DNA from: Cyanophora paradoxa CCMP329
Lineage: Eukaryota > Plantae > Glaucophyta
DNA length: 64,000 bases
Direction of reading: 5' to 3'
Assembly (NCBI GenBank): GCA_004431415.1
Contig: QPMI01000532.1
Span: 48,208 to 112,207 of the forward strand
Under the pieces are notes generated by a model. The model worked only from the letters and a program-made list of their open reading frames with translations, searched no databases and was not told the origin of the DNA. Positions 10,923-24,195 of this stretch are shown one piece after another; the stretch's first letter is position 1, and every line of letters begins with the position of its first letter. Made by a program: the position numbers and the translations under genes.

Positions 10923-12811
10923 CTATCGGAAGATGCGCTTGCCGGCCTTGTAGGCCTTGCGGGCGGCGAGGACGGGCCCGACGGCGAGGAGGGTCGGCAC
11001 TCCGAGGGCGATGCCGAGGGCCCCCGCGACGGGCGCGCCGATGCCCCACGCCGCGGTGAGGCCGACGCGGCGGGCCCAGAGGCCGGCCTTGGAGTGGGCG
11101 CCGTGCTGGGACCCGGGGCACCCGAAGGGGTTGAGCTTCGAGAAGTGCCGGGAGCTGTAGTCGCCCCCGCAGAGGTAGCAGAAGCTGTGCCCGCAGCGGC
11201 ACCTGCGCCCCGAGCTCAGCTCGAGCTTAGCTTAGCCGGGGCGGAGCGGACGTCACGTGGTTGCAGCCGCCGTTCTTCTCGACGAAGCTGCGGCACTTTC
11301 GGCACCGCGTCGCGTGCTCCCGCTGCCAGACCGCCACCCCCGCCTCGTTCGGGCGCTCCCGCTTCTCGTACGTCTGCCGCCGCCGCGCGGATTAGAAAGC
11401 GAAGGCTGGAGCTGGAGAGGCGGGGCGGGCGCGCCTTGCAGTCGGTGCCGATGTGGGCGCCGGCGTGGACGAAGCAGAAGGGCTGGCGGCAGGCGGGGCA
11501 CGCGACGGCGGGGCGGCGGCGGGCCGAGGCCTTGGGGAAGCTGGAGACCACGCCGCAGTGCGGGCACTCGCGGGACTGCTTGTCGGCGTGCAGGACGCGC
11601 AGGTTCAGGAAGCGGTTCAGCTCCGCCGGCGCCCCCTCCAGCAGCTCGATCACCGCCGCCTCCTCCGCCCGCCGGCTGCACCCGGGCGCTGCGTTCGCGT
11701 CAGAAGCGCGCGGCGGCTTGAGATGCGGAGGATTGGGCGCACATGGGCACTTGAAGAAGATCAAATTCTCGTGGAGCTTGTGCGTCGCGTAGGCGGCGGC
11801 GCAGTCGCGGCAGGTCGGGTGCGCCCCCGCGCATTCGTCGCCGAAGCCCCGGAAGAGCGCCGCCTCCTTGGGGAGGCGCTCGAGGCAGACCTGGCACCGG
11901 AAGCTCGAGCCCTGCCCCTGCTGCTCCGCCGCCTCCTCCGCTCCCGCCTCGCCCGCGCCCGACCGCGCCGAGAGCCGCTGCGCGCCGCCGCGCGCCGGCG
12001 CCGCGCCGGCCTCGCTGAGGAGCGCCCGCAGGCGCGCGGCGAGGGCGCGCTCCCGCTGCGTCGGGCGCAGCGCCTCCGGTCCGGCCGCGAGGTCCCCTGG
12101 CGCCTGCGCCCCGCGTCCTTCAGCGACGGAGGCGCGGGCGCAGACGGATCCCGCAGGGGCGCGGCGCACGGGACTCGGGTCGGTATCGGAGAACGGGTTC
12201 TTGCCGGCGATGAGGGCGGGATCCGGGGGCGGCGGCGCGGCACTCGCGGAGCCCGGCAGCTCGAAGTCAGCGAATGCCGCTAGAAAGTGCGGAGAGTACG
12301 GCTCGTCCTCCACGTCCTCCCCCCCTTCTGTGGAGCTGCTCGCCACCGTTCCTGGCGGCGCGCCCGCGGGCTCCGGAGCAGGGCGGCCGCGACTCGAGCT
12401 TGGTGCCGCGGGCTGGAGAGACCGCTCTGTTGCGGCGGAGGGGAAACGGGTGACGGCCAAGGCGAGCGCGACGCCGAGATCCATCTCGAGATCGCCGTAC
12501 GCGGCCACTTCCGCGGCCGTCGCCTCGCGATCAGTCTCCGTGCGCGATGTCGACGCGCCCGCACCCGTCCTGTGCTTCGAGCGGACCGGAGACGCCCGAG
12601 ACGTGCTTTGAGAGTCCCAATCGACCCCGAGTGCCGAAAGACGACGGCAGGCGCCAACATGGTCAAGGGCGGCCTTCAGGAGGTACGGCGGCGCGTCCGT
12701 CATGGCCGTGATGAGCAACGGCGGTGCTGCAGCTGTCGCCGACGGTGAAGACGATGATGATGAAGAGGCCTCGGCATCGTCCGGAACGCGCCTCGCGAGG
12801 GAATTCCGCAT
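10923..12811 (-). CDS. RBR (RING1-IBR-RING2) E3 ubiquitin ligase with C-terminal membrane anchor (RNF144/RNF19/RNF217-like)
   Basis: RING1 CQVC...HPTCRDC...KCP..PGC; IBR ECPHC...CPACRQPFCFVH...H...C; RING2 CRKCRSFVEKNGGCNHVTCRCGHSFCYLC with the catalytic Cys; hydrophobic tail VGLTAAWGIGAPVAGALGIALGVPTLLAVGPV. The start is uncertain. Confidence 0.9.
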
Positions 12812-13633
12812 CAGATGCAGGCTGTGTCACTCGCCGGGCGCAGTCGACCTGGGCGTACGTCCGTCATCAATGGAAGCGTTATCTCAATCTAGAGCGATGC
12901 CACTCACTCGCTAACGCGATCCAGGAGCAGGCGGGGAAAGCTGCAAGTTGCAGAGCTGTCAGAGAGGGCTGCCGGTGCCGCTGCGGCGCTGTGGAACGAT
13001 TTCCCGAGCTTTTTTAGCTGCCGAGGAGGGCCGATATTAGCTTGGACGCGCCTCTGCGTCGGATGAAGCGCGCCTACCTGACCCGAAAAAAAGTCGATCT
13101 CAACCTTCCCCCCCCCCCCCCCCCCCCCCCCGGAAGATGCTTGCTCACCGCGCCCGCGCGCGCGAATTCGAATTCGAACGGCGCGAAAGGCGGCCTCCGG
13201 CGCCGGCGCGCCCCGCGGCCGGACGTCGACGGCGCCGCAGCACACGCGTATACGCACTTGCACTGTCTTGCTGGACTGCACGGCCAGGCCGCGGGGCCCC
13301 GCGGCCTGCATGCCCCGTTAACGTTGATCATCATGGCATGCAAGATGCAACTCTAGGATACGGGCTTCGTCGTTCCACTACTAGTACTCACGATTGCGAA
13401 CAGTGAAGCCTCTCACTCGAGAATAAGCTGCGAAATCAACCGATAAAACACTGCGGAAAAACACGACTCCAAACACGATCATAATCAAGAGCTGCATGCG
13501 AAGCAAATCTCGACCATAAACTAGAGACGGGGGACTGGCTACCAGGATATATAGCTCACTGGACAACGAAAATTTCCGCAATAATCAACCGTTGAACTCT
13601 AGATTTGCTACTGCTGCGAAAACCACAAGGCGG

Positions 13634-15289
13634 CTAATAACAAGGACTAATCGGGATGCTCGAGGACTCATTAGTTGGCGTCGGGATCCGACACGTGAGG
13701 GGGGCGGCGGCGGGCCGAGGCCCCGGGGGCCGGGTCGGGTCCAAGGCCTGGGGCGGGGCCGAGGGCGTAGGCCGGGGCCGGGGCCGGGGCCGGGGCCGGG
13801 CGGGGTCGTGGCGGCCGGGGAGGCGGATCCGGAGGCGGGCGGGGCGGGGCGAGCTGGAGCGGGGCGGGCTGCCCGGGAGGTTTGCCCGCAGGTTGCGGGC
13901 GAGCTGCTGGCGCAGCGGCTCGGCGCGGCGGCGGGGCGCCCCGTCGGGCCCGGCCGGCCCCTCCAGCGGCCTCGATCCGGGCGTGGCGAAGCCCTGGCCG
14001 TCGTCCTCGGACGAGTTGGAGCCGGCGCGGGCGGGCCCAGGCGCCACGCGGGAGCGCGACGTGGGCGCGTAGGACTGCGCCCGCCGCGTGTTCAGCTCCC
14101 GCTCCCGCTCCCGAGCCGTGCCGTTCCTCTCGCTCTCCGCCGCCTGCACGGCGCCCTTCTTGAAGCACCCGTGCTGCCCGCCAAGCAAGCGGTCGGCGGC
14201 GGCGGGGCGGACGGAACGCGAAGGAAAGGAGGGTATCGGGATGGGAGGCGGCGCACGCGAACGAAGTGGGCGATGCGCTGGATTGCCTTGGCCCCCGATA
14301 TGACGTTCGTCACGAGGATCATCGCCAGCGAGAGCCCCAGGATCAGCATCTGGCGGGGGCAGGCCCAGGATCACCAACCGCAGGGCGCGGGGCCGGGCGC
14401 GAGACGCGCGCGTGCGCACGGGCGTGTTCGTGCGGCGGTTGTCGATGTACCCGTGGCGGCCGACGGCGACGACGAGCCAGCGGCGGTCCGAGGCCGAGAT
14501 CGTACGCTCGTCCTTTAGGTCCCCGTGCAGGGCCGCCGGGTTCGCGTCCACCATCTGACGGGCCGCCCGAGGATCAGATCAGATCAGATCGGATCGGATC
14601 TGATCGGATCGGACCGAGGCGAAGGTGTAGCGGGGGTCCTTTGGCTCGGAGGCGAGGTGCGTCATGTAGAGGGGCGCCTTGGCCGTGTCGGTCGCGTCGA
14701 AGAGGAAGAGGTCGACGTTCTCCAGCGTGAGGCCGACGACCGAGGCGGAGAGCATCTCGTCGAGCTTGTAGACGACGTCGATCATCGCGTGCAGGTTCTC
14801 CGTTCCGGTGTAGTTCCGCTGCAGGCGGCCCGTCTGCGTGCAGGCGGCGCGAGAGGTCAGGGGCGAGAGGAACCGAGGGGGCGAAGGGGCCCATACATAC
14901 CTCGGGGTTTCTGTAGATCGGCTCGAATACCTGCGACAAAGGACGACGACGAAGTGAGTGAGGCGTGCTGCCGAAGCGAAGCCGAGCGAGGCGAGGCGGA
15001 GCGATGCGTAGGGGAGCGCACGATGACGCCGAACTGGCTCTTGGTGGACTGGACGAGGGTGATGCGGGGCGTGCACGCCTGCTCGCCCGTCGTCCGCGCC
15101 TTGTCGATCGTCACCGCCCGCGCCGCGTTCCTGGCGGAGGGGCGAAAGAAGAAAGGGCGGGTGAGACGGGGCGGGGCGGGCGGGGCGGGGCGGGCCGGGG
15201 CGGCCGCACGAGTAGAGGTTGAAGCCGAGGGCGGCCTCGTTGCCCTTGTACGGCTCGATGAACTGCACCTGTGGGCGCGCTCGAGGCTG

Positions 15290-15326
<37 letters not shown>

Positions 15327-17049
15327 CGCACGGGGAAGTAGAGGGGACGGCTGGCGGCCCGCACGAGGTTGTTGTTCGCATCTCGCTCCGTCCACTGGAA
15401 GTTGGGCATGTACCTAGGGGAAGAAGGGGCGGGTCGGCCCGAGCCGGGGCGGGGCCGGGGCGGGGCCAGCGCACTGCTTCCCCTCTGCCTCCCAGTAGGC
15501 GCGGTTCTCCTGCGTCCCGACCGGCACGAACGCGACCCCGTTGAGCACCCTGCCGCGAGGCTAAGCAGGCGAAGACGGCGGCGGCGGCGGCGGCGAGCGA
15601 GGAGGCGGGCAGCGGGAGGCGGGAGGCGGGAGGCGGGAGGCGGGAAGCGGCGGCGCACGCTGACTTCCAGTACTGTCGAGGATCCGCGAATCGCGCAAAG
15701 TCCGCACGCGACATATTCCCCTCCACTCTGCGGAGACGGTTGGCGGGGCGCGCGGGGCGGAGCGGAGAAGCGGGGCGGGCGCGCGTCAGGTAAAAGTTGC
15801 TCATTTGCTCCAGGTACTGCGCGAGGCGGGGCGGGGCGGCGTCAGACCGGGCCGGCCGGCGGGCGAGCAGCCGGGCGCGGACGCGCCATAAGAGATCTCT
15901 TCAACTCATTCTCGAAGGATTGGAAGGCCTGGACGGACGGGCGTGGGGGCGCCGTCGGTCAGCCAAGCCGCGCCCCGCGGTCTCACGCGCGGGAGGGCGC
16001 ACGCTCTCTGCGGCGGAGAAGAAGAAGAGGCGTGCGAGCGTCTCCTCGTCGTTGATCATGAGGCGGTACTTGAGGTACCTGCACGCGGCGAGGCGCCGGC
16101 GGGCGGAATCTCAGCGTGGGGGGGGGTCTCCCGCATCGCTCGCGCCGGGCGGCCGCATGCGCGCACGTGAAGAGCCCCGCGCAGGCGAGGAACACGAAGA
16201 CCTGCCCCGCCAGCCGTCAGCCTCCCCGCCCACGAAATCCGTCCCCGCAAGCCCCGCCCCGCGCTCACCATGATCGGCCGCACGCGCTCCTTGTACCGGC
16301 GCCGCGCCTCTATGATGTGCTCCTTCTTGAGCGCTGCGCCGAGCGGGCTCGGGACGGTCCCCCGGCGATGAGAGGCGCGGCGCACCGATGCGCAGGTTGC
16401 GGCGCGAGGTGGAGGCTGACATGAAGCTCGCAGCGCTATGCAGCGCTTGCCGCTGCCGCGGCGGCTTCGAGTCCTCCCGCGCCCGCCGGTCCGCTCCCGA
16501 GCTCCCGCCTTCTGAACGGCTGGCCAAGGCATCCTGCTCTCCGCCCTCCTCAGTGTACTGCACCACGACCGCTCGGGTCCGCGGTTGTTGGCCCCCAGAT
16601 GCTGGAAACGAGGCAGATGGCAGCGGCGGAGAGATGGAGGCGAGCGGCAGAGAGAGCGAGGGCCTCCGGTTCACGAGCCGCTCCGCCGGGTTCAGGAGTC
16701 CGGGCGTTACCACCCGGGGCGCTTGCGGACTTGCCGATTCTGCTGCATCGGAAAGAGCTGGGGGCGTTGCAACCGCTGCTGAAGGCTTCTGGCTGTCGGC
16801 CGGAGCGGACTCGCCCGATGTGCGCAGTCGGAGCTCGTTGGGCGGGGGCACAACCCCGTCGGTCGAAAGAGGAATTAGGTGAGGCACAATCGCTACATGC
16901 GGAGCTGAAGTCCAGCCATGGGTGTGTTCTTGTCCCCGGAGATTGGAAAGCGGCGCGGCGATGTCCTCGGCGCGCGGGGTGGTTCCCGTGCTGGCTCCGC
17001 CTCCCAGAGGAGCCAGCCGCCTGGGTCGCGCTCGACCCGCTTCGTCCAT
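13634..17049 (-). CDS. CHASE-domain membrane protein (TM-CHASE-TM) with no recognisable output domain
   Basis: CHASE signature RPLYFPVQFIEPYKGNEAALGFNLYS...RAVTIDKARTTGEQACTPRITLVQ...FGVIV..FEPIY, flanked by hydrophobic segments VFVFLACAGLFT and MLILGLSLAMILVTNVI. Both termini are low-complexity. The 3' end is approximate. Confidence 0.8.
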
Positions 17050-17229
17050 TGCGGGGCTGGAAGCCGCTAATTCATCTTCTGGCTGTAAATATTGTAGCCC
17101 CCCTCAATGCCCCATTGGGCCCCCACTTCACCGCCGACGGGAGCCTCTTTCGGCGCATCGGTTCAAGTTTGAACCAGCAAAGGCGGTTTGAGCTTCCGCG
17201 CTGTGCGGATGTACAGGGACAGTCTAAGC

Positions 17230-20200
17230 ATGTCTCTGCTGACGCCGCGGCCCACCGCGGCCGGCGGGTCATCGTCGTGGAGCCCCGCATCCGCGTCGGC
17301 CGCCGCCTCCGAGCGCCACCAGCACTCCCCAACCCGGAAGTACTCGGCCTACGCGCTCTCCAATATCGGTACTTCTACGAAGCCGCGCGTGCCCTCCAAG
17401 CTGGACGGGCGCGCGGCGGCGGATGCGGACTCCCCCAACACGCAGACCCGGTCCGCCGCCCCCGATGCATGTGCCGGCACCGCATGGCATCCTTCTAATT
17501 TTTCCGCACGTCCGCCCCCTCCCCAGCGTCGTGCACTTCGACCGAGTTCGTGCTGCCCGCCACCCGCACTCCTCCCCGCCCAGCTGACCCCGCCCGGCGG
17601 AACCAGATTCTGAACGAGATCGGGAGCATCAAGGCGCAGCTGCACACGCTGGAGCCCGCGGCATCGCTGTCGGCGCGTTCCGACGCGACCTCCTGGGGCT
17701 CCACGGTGGCGCCGGCGCCGCGGAGCCCGCCCACGACGGAGGGTCCGGCCCCCGTCGCAGGGCCGCGCGCCGGCCTCCTGACCGCCGCGGCAGTGAAGCG
17801 GGGCGCGGCGATGTCGCTGGAGGAGGTCGTGCTGCAGCTGCAGCGGCAGGTGGCGGCGCTCGAGGGCCGCGCCCGCCTCGACGAGAGCCTCGTGGCGCTC
17901 GCGCAGGAGATCGCGCGCTCTTCGGCGCAGGACTCGGCGACCATGGAGCGCTTCGCAGCGACGAAGGAGGCCGTGAGCGCGTCGGCCGCCGCCATCGGGG
18001 CGACGCTCGGCGGCTCCCGCGGCGCCTCGCTCGCCTCGCCCGAGGAGCGGCTGCGGGCCGTCGAGGAGCGCGTCGCGCAGCTGGACGCCCCCGGCCGCCG
18101 CGGCGGCCTCTCCGGCGACGACGCGGCCGCCCTCCAGCGGCAGGTCGCCGCCCTCGAGGCGCGCCTCGCCTCCGCCGAGGCCGACGCCGTGCGCGCCCCG
18201 TCCGGCCCGCGCTCGCCGCCGCGCCTCACGCCGGCGCAGGCCTCGGCGCGGACCACGGCCCAGGCGATGCAGGCGGCGGCAGAGCGCGCGGCGGCGGCGG
18301 CGGAGGCGCTGGAGGGGCGGCTGCGCGCGCTGGAGGCGGGGCGGGAGGAGGACGAGAAGGCGGCGGGGGGCCACCCGTTCCGGCGGGCGCAGGCGGCGAT
18401 CGAGCAGGCGCAGGAGGCCGGCGCCGCCGAGTTCATGGCCGGCCTCGCTCGCTTCGAGGAGGACGCGGCGGGGCGCGTCAAGGCGGCCGGCGAGCAGCAG
18501 GCGCGGCGCCTGGGCGCCCTCGCCGACCGCGTCGACGAGGTCCTCCTCTCCCACAAGGCCGCCGTCGAGGCGCAGCTCGCCTCCCTCCGCACCGCCGCCG
18601 CCCGCGACCTGTCCGCTCCTTCTCCGCCCCACCCCCTCCCCTTTCGCTTGACCTTTTTTCGCCTTGCTTGCAGGGAGCTGGTGACGGGGGTGATGAACAA
18701 CGTGCGGGAGGAGCAGCGGGCGCTGCTCGAGCGGCTGCGGGGCTCGTCCGAGGAGGAGGCCCGGCGCGGCCGCGCCCGCACCGACGCCCTCCGCTCGGAC
18801 TTTGCGGCCCTTGCCGCCCGCCTCGCCTCCGTGCGCGCTGCCGCTCGGCGAAGTGTGTGTGCGTTACGTCGCGTGTACCGATCGGCGGCGGCGGCGGCGG
18901 CAGGTGGAGGGCTGGTGCTACGGCGGCCGCGCGCGCTCCAACACGACGCACGCCATCCTCGCGCGGCCGCTCCCGACGCCGCCGACGCCCGCGCACACGC
19001 CGGCGATCGCGTTGACGCACCCGACGGCGCCGCCCTCGCCGGCGCTGCCGGCGCCGCCGCCGCCGCCGCCGGCCTCGATGGATCTTTCGGAGCGCGACGC
19101 CTCTGCTGACGCCGCCATCGCCGCCGCCCAGGCGTGCACGCCCGCCCCGCCCCTGCGCCCTTCTCGTTCTAACGCCGCGCTGCGCAGGAGCGGATGGAGC
19201 AGGCGGCCGCCGAGATCGCCGCCACCATCGCGAGCCGGTGCGCGCGCCCCGCGGCCCCGGCCGCGCCGCGTCTAACTCGGTGTCAGGGTGGAGGTCGTGG
19301 ACTCGGTGCAGGAGCGCCTTTCACGCCTCGAGGGCTTCGAGCGCGAGAGCTCCGCTGGCCTCGTCTCCCAGGCGAGGCGTACCTCCCGCGTTATCCCTCG
19401 CGTTCCCGCGGCTAAGGCGAGGCGGCGGCAGGTGGCGCGCGTGGAAGAGGCGGTGGGCGAGTTCCGGCGGGAGCAGGCCGAGGCTGCCGCCTCCGCCCTC
19501 CACAAGGCCACCCGCGCCGAGGCGCACGCCGGCGCCGCCCTCGAGCGCGCGGGGGCCGCCGAGGGCGCCGCCGCCGCCGCCTGCGCCACGGCCGGCGCCG
19601 CCGAGTCGCGCGCCTCGGAGGCCTTGGACCGCGCCAGCACGGCGGAGTCCCGAGCTGAGGCCGCCCTCGCCGCCGCCGCCAGGGCCCGCCCCTGCCCGCT
19701 CCGCCCCCGCGGCTTCGTTCTTTGCGCCAATGCCGGCGCCCCGGGCAGGCGGAGGACGAGGCGGGGCGGGCGCGGAGCGTGGCTGCGGAGCGGGCGGAGG
19801 AGGCGGCGGAGCGATCGCTGCAGGCGATGGAGGCCGCCGCGCGGGCCGAGGGCGCCTGCGAGGGGCTGCGCGCCACGTCGGCGGCCGACCGCGCGGCGTA
19901 CCGCGCCGAGCTCGACGCCGGCATCGTCCGCCTTCGCGCCGAGGCTCGCGAGGTCCGTGCGGGCGGGCACAGACAAGGGGGCGGCCCGACCCAGCGCGTT
20001 TGGGGCCGACGCGGCGCGGGGCGCGGGCGGCAGGCGACGGAAGAGGCGGCGGAGCGCGTGCGGGAGCGGAGCGCGGCCGAGGCGCGCGAGGCGGCGAAGT
20101 CGGCGGCGGCGGCGGCGGCCGGCGAGGCGGTGCGGGGGCGCTGGCGGAGAGCGGGCGGCGGCGGCGCGCGTGGAGGGCCAGCTGGACGTCGTGCGGGCCG

Positions 20201-21226
20201 AGGCGGCGAGCCGCGCGGCCGCGATCGAGGCCCGCCTCTCGGCCGACATCGACGCCATCCGCCGCGACGTGCGCGACCCCGTCTCGCCACGCCGGGTCCG
20301 AGCCGGGCCGAGCGAGGGTTGCATGCGCAGGCCTCGGCGGCGGTGGCGCGGGCGGCGGCGCTGGAGGAGAGCGTCGCGGCGGAGCGGGCGGAGCGGGCGG
20401 AGGCCGGAGAGGCACTCTCGGAGCGCGTGGCGGGGGCCCTCGGCGAGCACGCGGCCGCCGTCTCGTCGCTGGAGCGCCACGTCTCGGCCGTCGAGGAGCA
20501 GGTCGCGGCGCTCGCGCGCGAGGCGCAGGCGCGGGGCGCGGCCGTGGAGCGCGCCGAGCGCGAGGTCGCGGCGCTGCGGGCCGCCTGCCTCGAGAAGGTG
20601 GACGCCCTGCGCGCCGTCGTCGAGTCGGGGCAGCTGAAGAAGGAGAGCATCCTCCACGACCGCCTCGACGAGGCGAGCCCGCCCGCGCGGCTCCGCCCGC
20701 GCAGCTCCGCCCGGACTCCCGCCTCACTCGGCGACGCGCAGATCGAGCGGATCGTGACGGACGTCGCCGCGCGCTCGCGCACTCACGACGCCTTCGTGCG
20801 CCGCCCCTTCGCCCTAGTCCGGCCGACGACGCCGCCGACGATGCAATCCGCCAGATGCGGGAGCTGAAGAGCGCGGAGGTGGCGCGGGAGACAAAGCTGG
20901 AGGCGCTCGAGGAGGAGGCGCGGCACAGCAAGCGGACCCTCACCGAGGCCCTCAAGGTTCACCGACTTCGCCGGAGCCGACTGAGCCCCTCTCACCTGAG
21001 ATCCGGTTCGATCCCTCGCAGGTCATGAACCACGCCCTCGAGGACGCCGAGACGGCCCGTCCCCGCCCCGCCCCCGCCCCCGCCCGGCCCGCCCCGCCCG
21101 CCTGACCGTCCAGCCCCGCCCCGCGCGCAGGCCGCGTGCGAGATGGCGGCGGCGACGCCCTCTCCCAAGCCGTGCCCCGCCAAGGGCTTCGAGACCCTCC
21201 GCAAGAGCCGCGAGACCCTCCGCTGA
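17230..21226 (+). CDS. Long coiled-coil hypothetical protein
   Basis: Multi-exon frame from MSLLTPRPTAAGG with heptad-rich A/E/R/L segments (LQRQVAALEARLASAE; LERHVSAVEEQVAALAREAQ), ending FETLRKSRETLR*. Confidence 0.7.
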
Positions 21227-21423
21227 GCCGCGGAGCCGCTAGCATTAGCCTAGGCCTGCGCTCGTTTTAATTCGCTGCTTTCTCTCGACGTTTCTCTTAA
21301 TGTATGTATGTTTGCATGCGCCCGGCTCGCGCGTGTGCGGTTCCGATATTCGTGCGATACTTAAGATTAGATTTGAAAAAGAGGGGCCGAGATCGAGACC
21401 TAGACCTAGACGGGGCGCTACAG

Positions 21424-24195
21424 CTACGACCAGGAGCCGTTCTGGAGCTGCTCGAGCCTCCGCTCCTCGCGCTTGAGCTGCGCGGCGGAGAGCGCGCGTC
21501 AGCCGCACAGAAAGCGAAGCGGAGCGGGGCAGAGGACAGCAGAGCAGAGGGCGCGCCTCGACCTGGCGGGCCCAGTCGGAGGTGAGGCCGACGAGCATCT
21601 CGCGGCGGCCCATCTTCTCGAGCGCCACCTGCCGGTCCATCCTGCCCGCCCAGCGTGAGCGCCGCCAGTCCGAGGGCCGGGGGCTGGGCGCACTGGGCGC
21701 GGTTGAGCTCGACCATGCGGCCCTCCTCGCGGATGTCCCGCCCGCGCTCCTCCGCTTCCTTCGCCGACTTGAGCGCGATCTGGGCGTCCAGCGCCTCGCG
21801 GATGATGCCCTGCCGCAGCCGCAGCGTGTGGCTGTTCTTCTCCAGGGGCTCCAGGGGGTACGCGGGGAGGCCGCGCCCCGCGTCCATCACGAGCGGCGGC
21901 TCGCTCCGGATCGCCTCCTTCTTGCGCTGGTTGACGTCCATCTGCATGAGGAGGTACTTCTGCAGCTCCGCGTTCTGCCGCCGCGCCAGCGCCGCCCGCC
22001 GCGACTCCTCGCTCATCGCGTGCCGGTGCCGGTCCCGCATGCTCTCCATGTGCTCCACCGTCTTGTCCAGCTTCCGCCGCAGCGCCTGCCCCCGCCCGAG
22101 TCAGTCGGGAAACGCCACGCCACGCCACGCAACGAAGGCGAAGGCGGACCGCCTCGTACTGCTCGAAGGCGATGCGGAGCGCCGCGTCGGCCTGCATCGC
22201 CCGCCGCGTCTCCATGCTGCCCCCCCGACGCTTAGTCTTAGAAAGCGAGAGGGGAGGAGGCGCCGCACCTCGGGGGCCGGGGGTACCGGGGCGCGCCGCT
22301 GGCGGGGGCGGGGCCGGACGACTGGAGGCCGGCGGAGCTCTGGGGGGGGCGGTTGTTGGAGGAGGACTGGAGGGGCCGGTTGGAGGCGGAGGTGCCGGGC
22401 GGCCGGGGCGCCGCCTCGCCGGACTGGGCGGCCTGCGCGGCCAGGTGCTCCCGCAGGCGCCGCGCGAGGGCCTCCTCCAGCGCGTCGTACGGCTGCTGCT
22501 CGATCACCAGCCGCTCCGAGCCCGCCCCGCCCCGCCCCGCGCCCCCGCCGGCAGTGGCGGCGGCCGGCCCGCCGCAGCCGACGCCTCGGCCACGGGCGGG
22601 AGCCCCGCTGAGGAGTGGATGCGGCGGCCGGCGCCGGTGCCGAGGCGGCGCATCCGGGAGCTCGCGAGGTCGCCGCGGGAGCCGGTGGCGGTGCCCGGCG
22701 CCGCCTCCTTGCCGGCCCCGCCGGCCCCGCGGCGGCGAGGACCTCGGCCATGGCGGACTGGCCGGCGGCCTGCGCCTGGGCGGTCCCGATGCGGGCGCGG
22801 AGCTCCTGCTCGAGGGCCGCGATGCGCGCCTCGCGCTCCCGCAGCTCCGCCTCGCGCCCGGCCACCTCGCCCAGCACGCGCCGCCGGACCTCAGCCTCCA
22901 GCTCCGAGCGCGTGCTGATCGCCCCCGCCTGGGGGGCCTCCCACGTCGCCTCGCCGTCCTCGGGCACGGAGGGCGGGGCCGTCTCGGGGGGCGCCCGGCT
23001 CCCCGCCGTCGCCTGCCGCCCCATCGCCATCGTCTGCGGCCGCCGCTGCGAACGAACAGCGAGCGGTCAGGCAAGCAAGCAAGCAAACAAAGAGCGTCAG
23101 GGCAGCGGCGCGCGCACCGGGGGCGCGACGGGCCGCTTGTGGTACTCGTGGCCCCACTCGAAGTCGACGGCGCGGTCGGCGAAGACAAGTGAGCCGACCC
23201 CGAAGTCGATCCTGCCGGCGCGGCCCTCGGCGAGGACTTCTCCCAGGCGCTGCACCAGGTCCCGCGTGCACGAGAAGACCTGGTCCTTGTTCAGGTCCTG
23301 CGAGAACCTGCGCCGTCCGCCCGCCCGTCAGGGCTCGAGGAGGGGCGCGGGAGGCACCCTCCGCCCAGCGCACTTGATGGCAAGCTTGGACCAGTTGACC
23401 TCCTCCGTGTGCACGTGGTTCTCGAGCGGCGGCTTCCTGTTGTGCTTGTACTCTGCCCCGCCGAGATAAGCGGGGCGCCGCGCAGCCGGTGGCGGCGGCG
23501 GCGGCGGCGGCGGCGGCACCGATGCAGTGAGTCTTGCGGAAGTTCTCGAGCAGGATCGCTACAGGGCGCTGAAACTCCTGCGCGCGCCGCCGTCAGCGGC
23601 CCGCGCTCGGCCCGCCGGGCGGGCGCCCGGCTCGCCTTCACTCCGAGGGTCCCCAGATCGACCCGCTCCTGCGCGTGGGGCCCGTCAGACGGACGCGCAC
23701 GGCGACAGCAGGCTTAGCTGCGCGGCTCAGGACCCGCCGACGGAGGTGCGAGTTCTATGACGCCTTCTATGCGGCTTCTCAAAGCATTAGGGCCGCAGCA
23801 GCGATCCGCTCCGCGGGCGGGCCGCGCAGGAGGCGGGTCGCGGCGCGGTGCGCTTGTGGGCATCGGCGTGGGCACCTTGTACCACGTCAGTTTGATGAAG
23901 TTTGTGATGAAGATGCCCTGCGAGGCACGGCGGAAGGTTAGCTGGGCGTGTGGGAGGTAGCTAGAGCAGTGCCGCCGCAGACCCGTCCCTCATCAAACGT
24001 GGCCCTTGCCCAGGACGTGATTGCATCCCACACGCGTGCGAACATCTGGGCATCGGCCCGAGATCTTCGCTTGCCTGCGCCGGAGCGAAGTGAGCGGCGA
24101 CCGGGCGCATGAGCCCCTTATTGTCGCTTCTAGATGAAGAGGCGCTGCGCACTCTGAGCGCAGTCAGCGAAGAGCTGCGCTGTGCTGTAGCTCAT
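21424..24195 (-). CDS. CCDC81-like protein (N-terminal HU-like domains, C-terminal coiled coil)
   Basis: Spliced N-terminus MSYSTAQLFADCAQSKRRSRADAQMFARVWDAITSW...QGIFITNFIKLTWYK, then EEVNWSKLAIK...KDQVFSCTRDLVQRLGEVLAEGRAGRIDFGVGSLVFADRAVDFEW, and a coiled coil (RRQNAELQKYLLMQMDVNQRKKE). This matches the CCDC81 layout as I recall it. Confidence 0.75.

Noticed and set aside
5217-15327. Poly-C/poly-G runs (about 5217, 13108, 15291) and (CTACG)n, (GATCT)n, (ATCTC)n tracts elsewhere in the window as functional elements
   Set aside because: These are intronic or intergenic simple repeats. Their lengths are error-prone and nothing in the sequence supports a function.
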